A stretch of DNA of 64,000 bases from Octopus vulgaris (lineage: Eukaryota), in assembly GCA_951406725.2 (NCBI GenBank), contig OX597819.1, positions 21,204,001 through 21,268,000 on the forward strand. Reading direction: 5' to 3'. The position numbers were made by a program, and so were the translations under genes. Of this stretch, positions 26,951 through 40,330 are shown piece after piece. Positions within the stretch are counted from its first letter, which is position 1; each line of letters opens with the position of its first letter. Under the pieces are notes generated by a model. The model saw nothing but the letters and a program-made list of their open reading frames with translations. It was not told the origin of the DNA and made no database searches.

Positions 26951-27559
26951 ATTTTTGTATTATCTACAAGTGTTCGACACACATGACAATGTAATGACGC
27001 TCAGGTGAAAGCTGACAAAGACGTGGCTTTCGAAAAAGAATTTTTTTTTTTTTTTTTTTTTTGAAAAAGAGAAGAGGGCGGGCGCTATGCAACACTCGTT
27101 ATGTCATAAATGTAATAAAAATCGATGAAGAAACCACAGAATAGGTTGAATTTTCATATAAAATGCAACGTACAAAATATAAATGAAAATATCATTGCGT
27201 AGATTATCTTTCACTGTCTCTCATATTTACGTTTCTATTTTACACTCTCTATCATCTTTAGGGTCCAGAGTGTCGCAATGGCTATGGAAAAGCCCGTGAG
27301 GATTACTGGTGTTGGACCGTGTAAGAAAAGGCTTAGGTTTTCTTCTTTGTAATATATACAGATAGATCCATTGCTTTACATAAAAACAAAATACTCTGAC
27401 AAATAGTATTTCTTTACTATGTTCTGTTTAATGTCATCCAATTTCTTTGTATGCTTGCATATTTGTCTATCTGTTATCTCACAGAAAATCTTTAACTTCG
27501 ACTTTGAAGCACTGAATACCTGTCTTTCTTTTTCCCCCTTTTTTTTGATCAAGCTACAC

Positions 27560-27745
27560 TATGGCACGAGCTGGCACAATCCTTAGCACACCCGAAAAAT
27601 ATGCCTGTTCAACTTTGCATTTCATCTTTTTGGAGTCGGTAAAATAGATTCCAGTTAAGTATTACAATCGAAGTAATACTTAATCGATTTCCCCCTTAAC
27701 CCTCGAATTTCAGGAGTCTTATTACCAAATTAGAAACACTTTAGT
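27560..27745 (+). mobile_element. SINE family C, old diverged copy
   Basis: GAGCTGGCAC..TTAGCAC..CAACTTTGCATTTCATCTTTTTGGAGTCGGTAAAATA matches the reverse complement of 56472-56705. Confidence 0.6.
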
Positions 27746-28774
27746 TGTTTTCCTTATATTCCAAATCGATATGTACCAAATGTGTAAAAGACACTTAGCA
27801 TAACATGTAGGAAATCTGATAGCTTTATACTCCATCCATCCTCAGCTAATGGCGTTTTCTATGCTATGAAATTTCGGACGAAAGGTTCACCACTCACGCT
27901 AAGCATACCACTATCATCTTCAAAGGACGGAAACGGTTCTAGAACGATGCATCCTGCTATATTATAACCATTCTTTTGAAACGGGAGTTGATTAAAGTTT
28001 GTGAATAACGAAAAGAGCCTTCTGCTCAATTCTCGTAATTTCGTCGACAATACTGCACATGACCATTGCACAAAAGAAAGAGGGCGAAGTTTTTGCCAGT
28101 GAAAAGTGATTGAGTGGTCCTTCTTATCGCCTGGTAGACAGGTTTATCCGCACGCGATGAAATATTTCCGACGGTATATCATTGACAATATCTTTCGACA
28201 AATGAATGAGTTTTATCGTTGCCCAATGATGTCCAACTTTCCGACATCAGAGAATTTAACGGGGATGTAAAATACATCTTGAATGACCAGTGTCCTTCGG
28301 TACCATTTCTTCACCATGGTTGTGCAGAAACTCTCTAATATATTGACAAGAAAATCTTTCAAGATGGACATTTTATTTTATCTTCTTCAGTAAACCGACT
28401 CTCCCAGATAATATTGTGGATCTAACTTGCCACGGAATCTCTATAGAATGCAAGCCAGACCCTTCTAACGCCTGCATTTTTGAACTTGTAGGCGATATTT
28501 TAGTGCCTGACTGTATTCGGATGTTTGAACACTCAGGACCTTAAAACGTGCAGTCGGCGAGAAAACACGAGAAGACACTTATTGTCTAAGAATTTGTGAA
28601 AACATTGCAGCCTCCATTACTATTAAGGCAGAATGAATGACAATAACAGGTGGCAGGGAATACTGGAAACCAACGGACGAACTGCAGGTTCCACAAGAAG
28701 CAAAATGACAGACGTTCCGATCTTGTCCGGGGACAACAGTTCGTAGGTAATAACACACCGAGGCCATTTAGGTT

Positions 28775-29138
28775 GAGTTTCAGTCATTCAACTGTGGTCA
28801 TCCTGGAGTACAGCCTTAAAGGTTTTCAGTCGAACAAATCGACCCCGGTACTTATTCTTTGTAAGCCTAGTACTTATTGTATCGTTCCCATTTGCGAAAG
28901 AGCTAAGTTACGGTGGCATAACCACATAAACATCGGTTGTCTAGGAAGAGTTCGGGACAAACACAGACAAAAACACACGCACATATATACAACGGGCTTC
29001 TTTCTGTTTCCGTCTGCCAGCTCTACCCACAAGGCTTTCGTCAGCCCGAATATAGAAGACTCTTGCCCAAGAAGTCACGTAGTGGGACTGAAACCAGAAC
29101 CATGAGCTTGGGAAGGAAGATTCTTACCACACATCTAC
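28775..29138 (-). mobile_element. SINE family A, diverged copy
   Basis: Reverse complement of the 8203-8629 landmarks (TCGACCCC..CTTATTCTTTGTAAGCCTAGTACTTATT; TTGCCCAAG..CAGTGGGACTGAA-like). Confidence 0.85.
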
Positions 29139-29770
29139 ATCAGCGTGAGTGTTTGTGTGTGTGTATGTATGTATGTATGTATGTATATAAGTACATATAT
29201 CTGCATATATGCAGGCATTTAGGTATGTATGCCTGTATGTATGAAGGAATGAGTATGTACGTATCTATACATTCGCTGCGCAGCGAAAAGTTCTTGTGCT
29301 GCAAACGAAGATCTAACTGTCTCCTATGGGAAATTAGCAAGCTAAGTCATTTATGCCACTAGTCAACGATTTCCGCAAGAAAATGAAAGATTTCATTTCA
29401 CCGCAGCAGAATCAACGAAATTAGAAATACAGTACAACATAAAATGGAAAGTTTCAACATTCATCTGAATAAAGAGAGACGATATGATGTGGTTTGTGAA
29501 ATGCCAACCAACATCAACATGGTAGATGATCCACTGATGAAGTCATTCGCTATGTGCAGCTGTTTGTTACAACAACAAGCGATGCTGGATCAAGTTATGG
29601 AAAAATTGACATACAAACAATCTCATACAAATATTATTTCTAAATCATTTCCAGCAATAATCAGCGTTGATACTTTTCGTAATTGGCTTAGAACACGACT
29701 CTATGACGCTGCAGATATCACTCCACACTTCTCTTTTCTTTACCCTTTCTTTCTAGCTATATTATATGTG

Positions 29771-29838
<68 letters not shown>

Positions 29839-30069
29839 ACACAGAGAGCTTTGGTGTACAAGTATCGCTACGGCTAGAAAGGGAACGGGAACGGTGGACA
29901 CCCTTGCCCACATAATACAGATACAAATCATATCTCGGTAGCCAGTTGGAAAATATGTCTTCCGGGGCCTAAAATGTTGTAACATCGCCCTGCGTAGAAC
30001 TGCCACATTGCGTCGGTAAATACTCTTCCCTATGTATATATATAGAGAGTGAGATAGATAGATAGATAA

Positions 30070-30128
<59 letters not shown>

Positions 30129-30313
30129 TCATATGAATACATATTTGCAATAAATGTGCTTATATGTGTGTGTAAGTGTTTGTGTATGTACTAACAGACA
30201 TATAGGCTCATATCAGGGTGCATGTGTATTGTGATCGTGTGAGTGTGTATAAATAAAGACAGACAGACAAACAGATAGATAGATAGTTAGATAGACACAT
30301 GAATATTTATTTG

Positions 30314-30355
<42 letters not shown>

Positions 30356-30850
30356 TACGTTCGTACGTCTTTAGTTTAAGTATGATGAAGCGTAGGCGAG
30401 CGTATGCATGGATATTTTTCTGCCTTTCTGAAGAACAAAGACAAAACACAGATTTCTGAGTGGAAAGTAGGACGTTTAATTAGAAAGAAATCACTGATAA
30501 ATATGGTCCAGCAGCAGAGTAGCCATTTAAAGACTGTAGATGTTATGGCTCTTTTCAAAAGAAATAATTTCAAGCTATCAAGTAAAAATTATATGGCCGT
30601 GAAATGAGGTAATTTTTTTCCCTTATTTATTGTCTTCGTTCATTATATTTGTTAATGTTTCTTTGTATTTTTAATGTAAATTTTCATATTTATAACAATC
30701 CAATTTTATGTAGGAAAATATTATATTTTTAATTATGTATTCTCAAAGATTTATTGTCATTTATGCACGCTTAGATGGGTTTTATATGTTAGGAAACGAT
30801 GTTTAAAAACGATGTATCTTTAAAAAACAAGTTTCTATCTTGTAGTTCTA

Positions 30851-31252
30851 TATAGGCGTATAAATGTTGAGAAGAGACGGAAATTATAATTTCTTCTTTC
30901 AAAATGGGTGTCAGTTGCGGGCAAACCGACTGCAGAGCAAACATCCAGATCAGTTTGTGAGGAATATATTTACATAAATTTGCTCCTTCTCTCTGGTTTT
31001 CTTAGATTACCATGGGTAGCCCACCAAAAGTTTACCTCATTCCAGGAATTATATAGGCGTATAAATATTAAGAAAAGAGAGAAATTATTATTTCTTCTTT
31101 CAAAATGGGTCTCAGTTGCGGGCAAACCGACTGCAGAGCAAACATCCAGATCAGTTTGTGAGGAATTTATTTATATAGGTGTGCACTTTCTCTCTGGTTT
31201 TCTTAGATTACCATGGGTAGCCCACCGAAAGTTTACCTCATTCTAGGAATTA
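30851..31252. repeat. Tandem duplication of a 201-bp unique-looking unit (2 copies)
   Basis: TATAGGCGTATAAAT starts at 30851 and 31052; copies are colinear with scattered substitutions. Confidence 0.92.
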
Positions 31253-31504
31253 TTTATCGTTTCTCTTCCTACTCGCTTACCTGCAATCCCACGGTGCACA
31301 GTCCTGCAGCATCCAAGATCTTTTTGTAAACGCTGGCTGGTCAATAAAGAAATCGTTTTCTCCATCAACACAGTCATCATCATCATCGTTCACACCATCA
31401 ACACATTGCTCATCCCCCTTCTCATCCTCCTCCTCGTCATCATCATCATACTCATCATCATCAGTCCCATTCTCCTCGTCCTTATCATCAGTATTATTAT
31501 CATT

Positions 31505-32098
31505 ATTATTATTTCCTTGTAGAGCTGAAAACTAGGTAATTTATACTCTTCTCCTCTGGAAGCCATCTGCTCGCGATACCAGAGGGCGCACACTCTCCTA
31601 CCCTGATGTAATCTCCAGGGATACAGGCATCCAGCAACAGGACCTCCGTAATGCTATGATGCACCGTGAGGTCTGGGGTAACATAGTAAATTCCATTGTC
31701 TCGACCACGGTCGAACAATGATGATGAGGATTTCCTTGTAACACAGTGTAGGTAAGAATGCACCGGAGTCTTTAGTCATCTGTCGAGTCACAACAAGGAC
31801 ATCAGACATAAAATATTTTCCTTAAGATGTGCGCTGTGCCCATTAAAGCAGCTTTTTGCAAAACATCAATCTTGCATGGGATTTGCAGTTTCCTTAAGAA
31901 GTCTTGCAGTTTCAATGGCATTGAGCCCAACGCTCCGATCACCACTGGTATCTCATTTACATTTCCCCTTCGCATTCTATACAATCTTGCCATTTCCACT
32001 TTCAATTCCGGGTACTTGGTGATTTTTTCAACCTCTTTAATCACAACGTTCAAATCACTTGGAATGGCTACATCAATGATCTAACACTATTTGTCACT
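31505..32098 (-). mobile_element. R4/Dong-like RLE LINE 3' end with 3' UTR and (AAT)n tail
   Basis: IIDVAIP..EKITKY..IPVVIGALG..LQKAALMGTAHILRK, the conserved RLE C-terminus. Confidence 0.88.
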
Positions 32099-32143
32099 TC
32101 TTCTTCTTCATCATCATCATCATCATTACTACTACTACTACTA

Positions 32144-32192
<49 letters not shown>

Positions 32193-32242
32193 CACTACTA
32201 CTACTACTAATACTAATACTACTATTATTATTATTATTATTA

Positions 32243-32470
32243 TTTATTGCCTTTGCACAGCTTCTAACACTGGAGATGTATTACAGTGTCAGCTGTTCAC
32301 TACCAGTGAACTAAGGTAACACCCCTTATTTTTCGAGCACCATTCGGAGTATTCGAGCGGTTCCAAGCAGTGCTGTTTTCTGCAAGTGCGCCACCCTTAT
32401 TGCAGCTCCTATTTGTTCCATGCACTTCTCAAGATTTTTACTCACTCTTCCCAGGGATCCGACAATTACC
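32243..32470 (-). mobile_element. Second RLE LINE 3' end with (AAT)n tail
   Basis: VIVGSLGRVSKNLEK..LQKTALLGTARILRMVLEK*, short UTR, then AATAAT toward 32220. Confidence 0.85.
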
Positions 32471-32993
32471 ACGTTGCACTATCAACCAGGTTAATTGCTA
32501 GACTCCCGCATCATATACGAGGTTAATCGAGAATATTGATGCGAGCGATATGGCAGCAAGGCAGGTGTCGATGAGGTCAGCCTGTTTGGCCGGATCTGGG
32601 ATACTGAGCAATTTCCAAAGTCTGTGGCTTGCAAGTTTTTCTGTGGATATTGTCTCCTTGGGGAAACTTCTTGGGGCATAGAATACTGAAGCCGCCAGTA
32701 AACAAATCTATCGTAGATATGCTTAGATTCGTTCAGTATCCCAACAACCTTGGTTTAGCGATTTATGTCGAACGATCTTTGCCTTATGCGGAACAGATCT
32801 AGCTAGCAGCTAATTCTTATAAGCTCATTGAATCATCATAATGGAAAGAGGTATTCACTCCTTTGAGTAATAGATCAAAGTACAGTACTATTTGATAAAA
32901 AACGGGGTCTGTAAAAGGAGAGGTGGTACCATTCAAGAAACTTCACAGAACGTGGATGAGCTAGGAATCATTTGGAGTAACCAAATAAACTTC

Positions 32994-33847
32994 TTCGTGA
33001 TATGATCTATAAATATCCGGACTGTTGCCATATTAACGAAGTTAATACTCAGTGTGTGATATTGAACTTTGCTGTGCATGTGCACTAAATTTCAACGCTC
33101 TAACTTGCTTCCTCTGTATACAGCACTGCTTGGAAGGAACATGTGTAGCGTGTGATCGTCGCATTGACAATGACAGAAAAAGTTGAGCCGAGAATCTGCA
33201 TGAAATTTTGCTAGCAGCCTGCGCAATGTTTTCAAAAAGTTTCCATTGTTCTCGACACAATCAAGGAGGTCTTGTCCAACTGAAACCCGAGAGTGATTTT
33301 GGTCAACTGAAAGCAGTTTTGGCACAAGCTTGGCAGACAAGCATCTCATACACAATTCTTCAATGATAATGAACTGAACTGAACCGTAACTAATCCCCAC
33401 ATCTTCTGTTAACTCATGGATGGTGATTCGACAATTTCCCGTCACGGATGGATGCACACCTGCGATGTTTTTCTCAGTTCTGCTGGTTGCGAATCTTACA
33501 GCGCGTTCAATATCAATATTTTTTCGAGCATCTTGGAAACGTCTGAACCAGTTGTACACTTGTGCGCGGCTCATACACTCCTCTCGATACGCTTTCTGCA
33601 ACAATGTGTAGGCCTCTGAGCAGGCATCACCATGCTAACTTTCTCTGTCATGGTCAGTGCGACGATTGCATGCTACACACCTTCCTTCCAAGCACAGCTT
33701 TAAACAGCGGAAGTAAGCTAGAACGTTAAAACTTAGTGCGCATGCACAGCAGTGTTCACGGTCAATCTTTGTCAAGCGGCTTCACACCGCCTGCTTTAGC
33801 TTCGTTACTATGGCAACAGTCTTGATACTTATTGATTAGTCCTCGTA
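32994..33847 (-). mobile_element. Mariner derivative made of two inverted 5' ends (HTH region only)
   Basis: Minus ORF LQKAYREECMSRAQVYNWFRRF..RITIHEL..SAKLVPKLL. Both termini carry TIR + 5' UTR + ATGACAGA(A/G)AAAGTT, at 33170 (+) and 33651 (-). Confidence 0.85.
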
Positions 33848-34792
33848 TAAAGATAGGATTGGGAACTAACGGCGAGAAGTGGTTGAAATCATCTGCCAAT
33901 AGAGTATCAAAGTTATTCCAATGTGATTGTTCCTATTTTTGGTGATTCTTGCTTTTCTATTTGTAATTTTGTTCTTAGAAATATTCTAGTTATCTGAATG
34001 ACTTTTGTAAGGACGGTGTTTTAACCGTTTTCTGTGTAATAGTGGCAACGAGCCATATATAAAAGATGCAGTACTCTACTACCGTAGACCTTATTTGTGC
34101 CTTGTTCAAACTCCAATAATTGAGCAGTAAGGATGATTTCGTTATATATTTATCTACACCATTAATCATTCCCAAGATGCATTAGTATAGAGACTGTTTC
34201 TCTTTACAAACATCATTCTGGTGTTTATTTCCCTCTAAATTCTCTTCTTTCACTGCGCAACCGATTACATTCATATGGACATTGTACAAGTGCAGTGTTT
34301 ATATTGCCTCATCTATTGACATTACACTACAAAATATGTGCACAGTTCTTATTTGAATTGTATTTCCTGGCTTCATTGAAATGAGGTAACATATTTTCTT
34401 TTACTCCATTGTGCTTTGTAGCAACCAGTATCATATTCTTTTTGTTTTCTCTTCGTGTTTTTTTTTGACGATATTTCATAACAGTTTATTTCATTTAGCT
34501 CCACCATTTCTGTAATCACCGTAAAATTTGCTCCTTCTACGTGCAAAAAGTCGGTATACGCAATTGAAAGAGTCCTCAGTGTCTCATACTTAATGTATAT
34601 ACACGGTTAACAGGCATGATTCGGTTGATTTTCCCTAAGAGAATATTGCTTTAACAGCATGTTGTTTCAAAAACAAAATATACAACGGGGTTCGGCAAAC
34701 CTGCGTGGGCCGTTCGCGTTTTGGTTTCAAGCCCTATCAATGAGGTTTGCTAAAATTGAAAAACAATGAAAATTATTCCTATTACTATTATT

Positions 34793-34930
<138 letters not shown>

Positions 34931-35149
34931 AGAGGCTCAGCACTTGCCATCAGAATATAATAGGACATGACTGAATATTGCAATGGATTCTCGCATAAGC
35001 AAAATACTGATTTTCAACATTAACAATGGGCAAACAAAAACAGTAAAACGATAGATGAGCTAAATTCGAGAGCAATTAGTTTCGTCTCTCTATATTCTGT
35101 GTTGATGAGCCGGCATTGGGGTTGCGTTTTGTGTGTTGATGGCAGTCAG

Positions 35150-35528
35150 ACAAATTTTTGACCATATCCGCCCTAAAATCTGGTCACTTAACACCACACA
35201 CTGCAGTCCATTAGTTATTATGTGTGGGGCGCATATGAGCGTGAGACCAACAAAATTCCTTGTAACACCAAAGATGAACTGAAGGCAAGGACTATGGCAG
35301 CATTCACCAAATTAGTTAAGGAAACTGTCCAGAATATTTGTACGAGATTCAGATGTCGTTTGGAGGCCGTGGTTGAAGACAAAGGCGATTGTATTGATGG
35401 AATTTACTCTTTAATATATTTCGAGATATTTTTGTGTAATTTTGGTAAATTTATCTGTTAAAATGAACTGTGAGTGTTATTTTTCTTTTTGCGTAATTTA
35501 AACGATGGTTTATTCACCACACCTTGTA
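35150..35528 (+). mobile_element. Tc1/mariner superfamily (maT/DD37D-like) 3' fragment
   Basis: Degenerate WPPNSPDCNPLDYYVWG-like motif, then ..CTRFRCRLEAVVEDKG; terminus ..CACCACACCTTGTA. Confidence 0.75.
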
Positions 35529-35561
35529 TTCATTCATTAGTACATACATACATACATACAT

Positions 35562-35592
<31 letters not shown>

Positions 35593-35690
35593 TACACACA
35601 TATATATATATATGTATATGAGATTCATATTCTAAATAAAATTAAAACTAGTTAGATAGATTGTTAGATAAATAGATAGACAGACAGTTG

Positions 35691-35765
<75 letters not shown>

Positions 35766-35783
35766 GGATAGATTAGATAGATG

Positions 35784-35857
<74 letters not shown>

Positions 35858-36280
35858 CCAAGGAGCAAAAGCACATAATTAAAAATAAAAAAAATAAATG
35901 TTTGAAATTCTATAAATATGTACATCACGTCCAGCAAGATATTCGCCGAATCAGCTTCATAAGCAACAGTTTTATCGTGTGGAACGTGGTTTTGTCAGAC
36001 AATTAAATTGTCTAATTTAAATTGAGTGTGCGAAGAGCTGTTAAAATATCATAGAATTATCTAGAGGTAAGTAGATTGAAGGTAATAGAAGCTTCTGAAT
36101 GAGAGGGGCGATTAATAGATGCTGCATAATTATATTGAATGGAAATTGAAGTATGTCTCATACATCTATAAACATATATATACTGAACTACATAAGCACA
36201 GAAGTGAACAGAAATATACATATGCACATTTAAAGGCAAGCATATATACACATGTATACACACACACACACACACACACA

Positions 36281-36576
36281 CAATGGCCCAGTGGTTAGGG
36301 CAGCGGACTCGCGGTCGTAGGATCGCGGTTTCGATTCCCAGACCGGGCGTTGTGAGTGTTTATTGAGCGAAAACACCTAAAAGCTCCACGAGGCTCCGGT
36401 AGGGGGTGGTGATCCCTGCTGTACTCTTTCACCACTATTTCTCTCACTCTTTCTTCTGTTGGCCTGCTTGCTTAGCCAGCGGGGTGGCGTCACTTGAAGG
36501 CTAAAATAATGCGAAAGCATTGTGACCAGCGATGTGTAACTACATCTGATGGTCTGGTCGGTCACGTCACGTGATA
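36281..36576 (+). mobile_element. tRNA(Arg)-like SINE family B, variant with RTE-type tail
   Basis: Head TGGCCCAGTGGTTAGGGCAGCGGACTCGCGG..GGTTTCGATTCC, near-identical to the copies at 46009 and 57111; the 3' half differs and ends CTGGTCGGTCACGTCACGTGATA. Confidence 0.9.
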
Positions 36577-36824
36577 TACATACGTATGTATATATGTACT
36601 TTAGATATGTTGTATACATAACGTTTGCTTGCTTTTTATAATCGCATTATAATGAATGCGGTTTTATATTAAAATGAAAAGTAGTTTAATGTTTTTGTAG
36701 AGCTCTTTTTACCATAGTATTTCAAGGAGATTGGTGACTGTGACTTCGAAGATTCGGCCTGATAGCCTTCACCCAACGATCCGACGCACCTTACCAACCG
36801 AACCATCGAAAGATATAATTAATA

Positions 36825-37900
36825 TACGAGGGTCGGCTGAAAAGTACAAAGGCTGACCAAGATATTCTCATGTGATGTGACTTCATGAGATTTATCTTTC
36901 AAGCATAATCCGTCTTGCGGCCCATACACTTCTTCTATCGATGTTGCTATGCTTGGATCGGATTGATGAGGAGCAGGCTATCATCTTATTGATCAAAAAT
37001 GACATTAACAGCAGATATGACCTAATCCTCAGGGCGATACTGGTTCCCACACTATTTTTTTTTTTTCGTGTTAGGGAACAGATGATAGTCATATGGGGCC
37101 AAATCAGAGGAATGGGGAGGTGACAAACAAGCTTAAAACCACAATCACACACAGTATTGAAACCTGATCCTTGGGCGACGATAAAACATGATCCCTTTCG
37201 TCAATTTTCCTGGGCGTTTAGTGTTTATAGTCTTTCGTAACTGCCTCAACAATCTCGCATAGTAGTCTCCATTGATGATGTGATGCTCTTGAAGATAGTC
37301 AATAAAGTCTCTGCCTTTTTCATCCCGAAAATCTGAGATCATCCCCTTCCCAGCAAGTACCTTGGATTTTTTAGGCAGGTGAGGAGAAATGTTTCCACTT
37401 CATGAATTATATATTTGTGTCTGGCTTAAAGTGATAAAGCCCCAACGCTAATCCAGGCTTAGAAAACGATCAACGAAACCAGCCGGATCGGATCGAAATA
37501 ATATTATACATTCCCGAGGTGTGATCAGCCTGGTGCGCTTTTGACCAACGGTCAGAATACGTGGTCCCTAAGATCATTTGGCAGAATATTCTCAACTCTC
37601 TCACAGAATATTTTAATAGCATTGGCAATTTGATTTATAGTCAATCTCCAGTTATCCATCTCCATGGGTTTAACACGATCGATATTTACCTCACTGGACT
37701 CAGTTGCAGAACGTCCTGTCTTTGGATCATATTCAACACTCTCCCTCCGCCTCCTAAATTCAGCTCTTCACTTTTGCCCTGTTGATAAATCTGCGGTATC
37801 ATCCCTAATGTAACCATCATACCAGCTTGAATGTCCTTAGAGCTAAACACTTTTTCTGAAGCTACTTGATAACACCACTGTGTCCATTTACAAGAGAAAT
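36825..37900 (-). mobile_element. Decayed, near full-length mariner-type element
   Basis: TIR TACGAGGGTCGGCTGAAAAGT at 36825. Minus-strand pieces FIDYLQEHHIINGDYYARLLRQLRKTINTKRPGKL, a YSPD-like region at ~37090-37125, and an N-terminal HTH-like region at ~37700-37860. The 5' boundary is approximate. Confidence 0.82.
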
Positions 37901-38321
37901 CCCTGTTGTTATATTTGAAGTCTTCTTTGAACAGTCGGATGTCTACCTGCAAAGAAACCGAGTAGTTACACTACACGATGTCCAAAATATTACTCTACAA
38001 TGTACAACGTTCATCTTGGGCATCTATCTGTTCAATAGCATACATCAACTAAACTCACGTCAATAAACTACAAGAGGGGATTAGGAAGTTGCTTGAAAGA
38101 AAATTAATCGGTGGAAGAGTCTGAAAACAGTGGATACATTGAATATGCTCTGAATCAGATACTCTGCTCTCTTTCTGAAATGAACAAAGACAGAACTACA
38201 AACCTTAGCTAGAAGTACTAGGGGACCTACTCACAGTGCTCAACGTGCACCGCACTAAAAGTAATACATAGAAACTCTACCTACCAAGAAAGGAGGAAAG
38301 AAAGAAAGAAACAAAGAAACA

Positions 38322-38353
<32 letters not shown>

Positions 38354-38359
38354 AGGAAA

Positions 38360-38395
<36 letters not shown>

Positions 38396-38784
38396 AGAGA
38401 AAAAAGAAAGATTCTCAACTACAGATGACGCCATTAATCCATTAATACAGAGGTGTGGGGTTTGACAATCTATGTTGTACGAAGTGAAGAACGAATATTA
38501 TATGTGGCTAGATTTTACCCAACTTTTGCAGAAGCAGGAGGAGAACTCAGGAACAGAACGAAGTACAATAATATGACAAGTTATTGGTAAGAGAATGAGC
38601 TACATGGTTAATTCATGCAACAAAGGGTGGATGTTTGAAGTAATGAAATCTGGGTTTGCCTAACGGACGAAAATATGAAACGATAATCGTTAATGAATTT
38701 GATAATGGAAGATAGATAAGTTTCAGTCAGACTACAAACGAAGAGTCATTGAAATAGGTGACGAATATATTAAACATCCCTTAA

Positions 38785-39406
38785 CCCTTCGTGGACCGGC
38801 GGGGTTGGAATTGCACAAAAGGCTATTGGGGTCGCGGGACCCCATTTTCTTTTTGCGCATTTCTACACTATCAATAAAATAATATTTGTTTAATACTGTA
38901 TGCATGCGTGAGTGCATGATGGAGAACAAGAATTTTAACATCTTATTGGTATATATTTGTAATTATTAGCGTTTAATGGAGGGGAATTGAAATATAATTT
39001 ATTGATTGGAGAAAAAAAACTTTATTAAATGAAATCAGAATTATTTTATAGTTTAAAGGCTATACATATAGCACTGAATATAAAATTAAACAGAATTATT
39101 TAGTAGATCGATTCATACCAGTACAAATACGAAGAAAATTATTCATAGTTCATCAGAATATCTGAAAAGTGAAGAGAAAAAATAATTTCGCAGAAGACAA
39201 ATAGGCTCCACTTGGACTCCGATGACCATATTTTATGCTATAACACCGATGGGACTTGAAATTTTTAACTCAAAATTTGTATGGACATACATAAACTATT
39301 CACACAAAAAGTCATGAAATATAAAATCATTTAGATAAAAAATTTAAAAGTTGTGTAAATTTTAAAATTCGCTGGGCTCCCAAAGGACCCCACCGTCCAC
39401 GAAGGG
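38785..39406. mobile_element. piggyBac-type non-autonomous element (MITE), 622 bp
   Basis: TTAA at 38781-38784 and 39407-39410; TIRs CCCTTCGTGGAC..GGGGT / ACCCC..GTCCACGAAGGG; no ORF. Confidence 0.9.
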
Positions 39407-39904
39407 TTAAGGGAATGACCTAACCCAACAGAAATAGAGTAAAAAAACAGCGACTTTTACTAGAGTACATTGGGTTAGTGGCCGAGAGTGTGGATTCGCA
39501 ATAGTAGAAATATTGTACGAACACAAGCCACAGTCTGTGACGGAAATTACTTCTTGTGGCCATTTCTGAGATTTCCCCAAAACAACTGATCGTACTAGTG
39601 AAGGAGGAATACTATGATTGCAGATTGAAAAGAATATGTGGACATAGCCAGAGAGATAAAAAAAATTGAGCTGAAGGTTAAGCTGACAATCGTTCTTCTG
39701 GTAAGTAGTGCACTTGGGGCAACAACCAAAATACAACATTAGAAGCTGAAGGTTATTTATATCAAGACCCGTGTTGCTGTCCTGAAGAAAAGTGTTATCG
39801 TTTACACTGCACGAAACATAAGGAAGATCAACGAGATTTAAAGAGACTTGTCACTAAACTTGAAGAGGATATTCCTAACAAACAATGTATCATTTAATTG
39901 ATAT

Positions 39905-40024
<120 letters not shown>

Positions 40025-40067
40025 GGTTGTGGTAGTCGTCGTCGTCGTCGTGGTCGTTGTGGATTGA

Positions 40068-40330
40068 GAAGTACAAGCTACAACAAGAAATTGCCCACGA
40101 ACGTGGGCAGTGAAGAAATTGTGATCGCGATTGCTGCAGGGACACTTTGAGATTTATGAACCAGATTTGATAAAACTTGTTGAGAAAATTGGAATTAACA
40201 TGGAGCTAATGACATGCTCAGGAAACTGCTTTACTGGGGACAACGAGGATTTTGAGATTCATACTTGGATGGCAAGCATCACGGAGTGGGACGCTTGACA
40301 ATAGTTTGTCCTCTGCTTGCTTTTATTTTT
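40068..40330 (+). mobile_element. RLE LINE 3' fragment following a (GTA)n/(GTN)n tract
   Basis: EKY..QETALLGTTRILRFILG motif of the RLE C-terminus. Confidence 0.72.

Noticed and set aside
27850-28560. Complex region that might be a LINE relic or exon
   Set aside because: No diagnostic motif that I could read in any frame; left unannotated.
29444-29700. ORF MESFNIHL..QQQAMLDQVMEKL
   Set aside because: It runs into (TA)n, and resemblance to a gag N-terminus is too weak to call.
36281-36350. tRNA-Arg-like sequence (also at ~46310-46380 and ~57420-57496)
   Set aside because: These are SINE heads continuing into SINE bodies; there is no proper acceptor stem or terminator.
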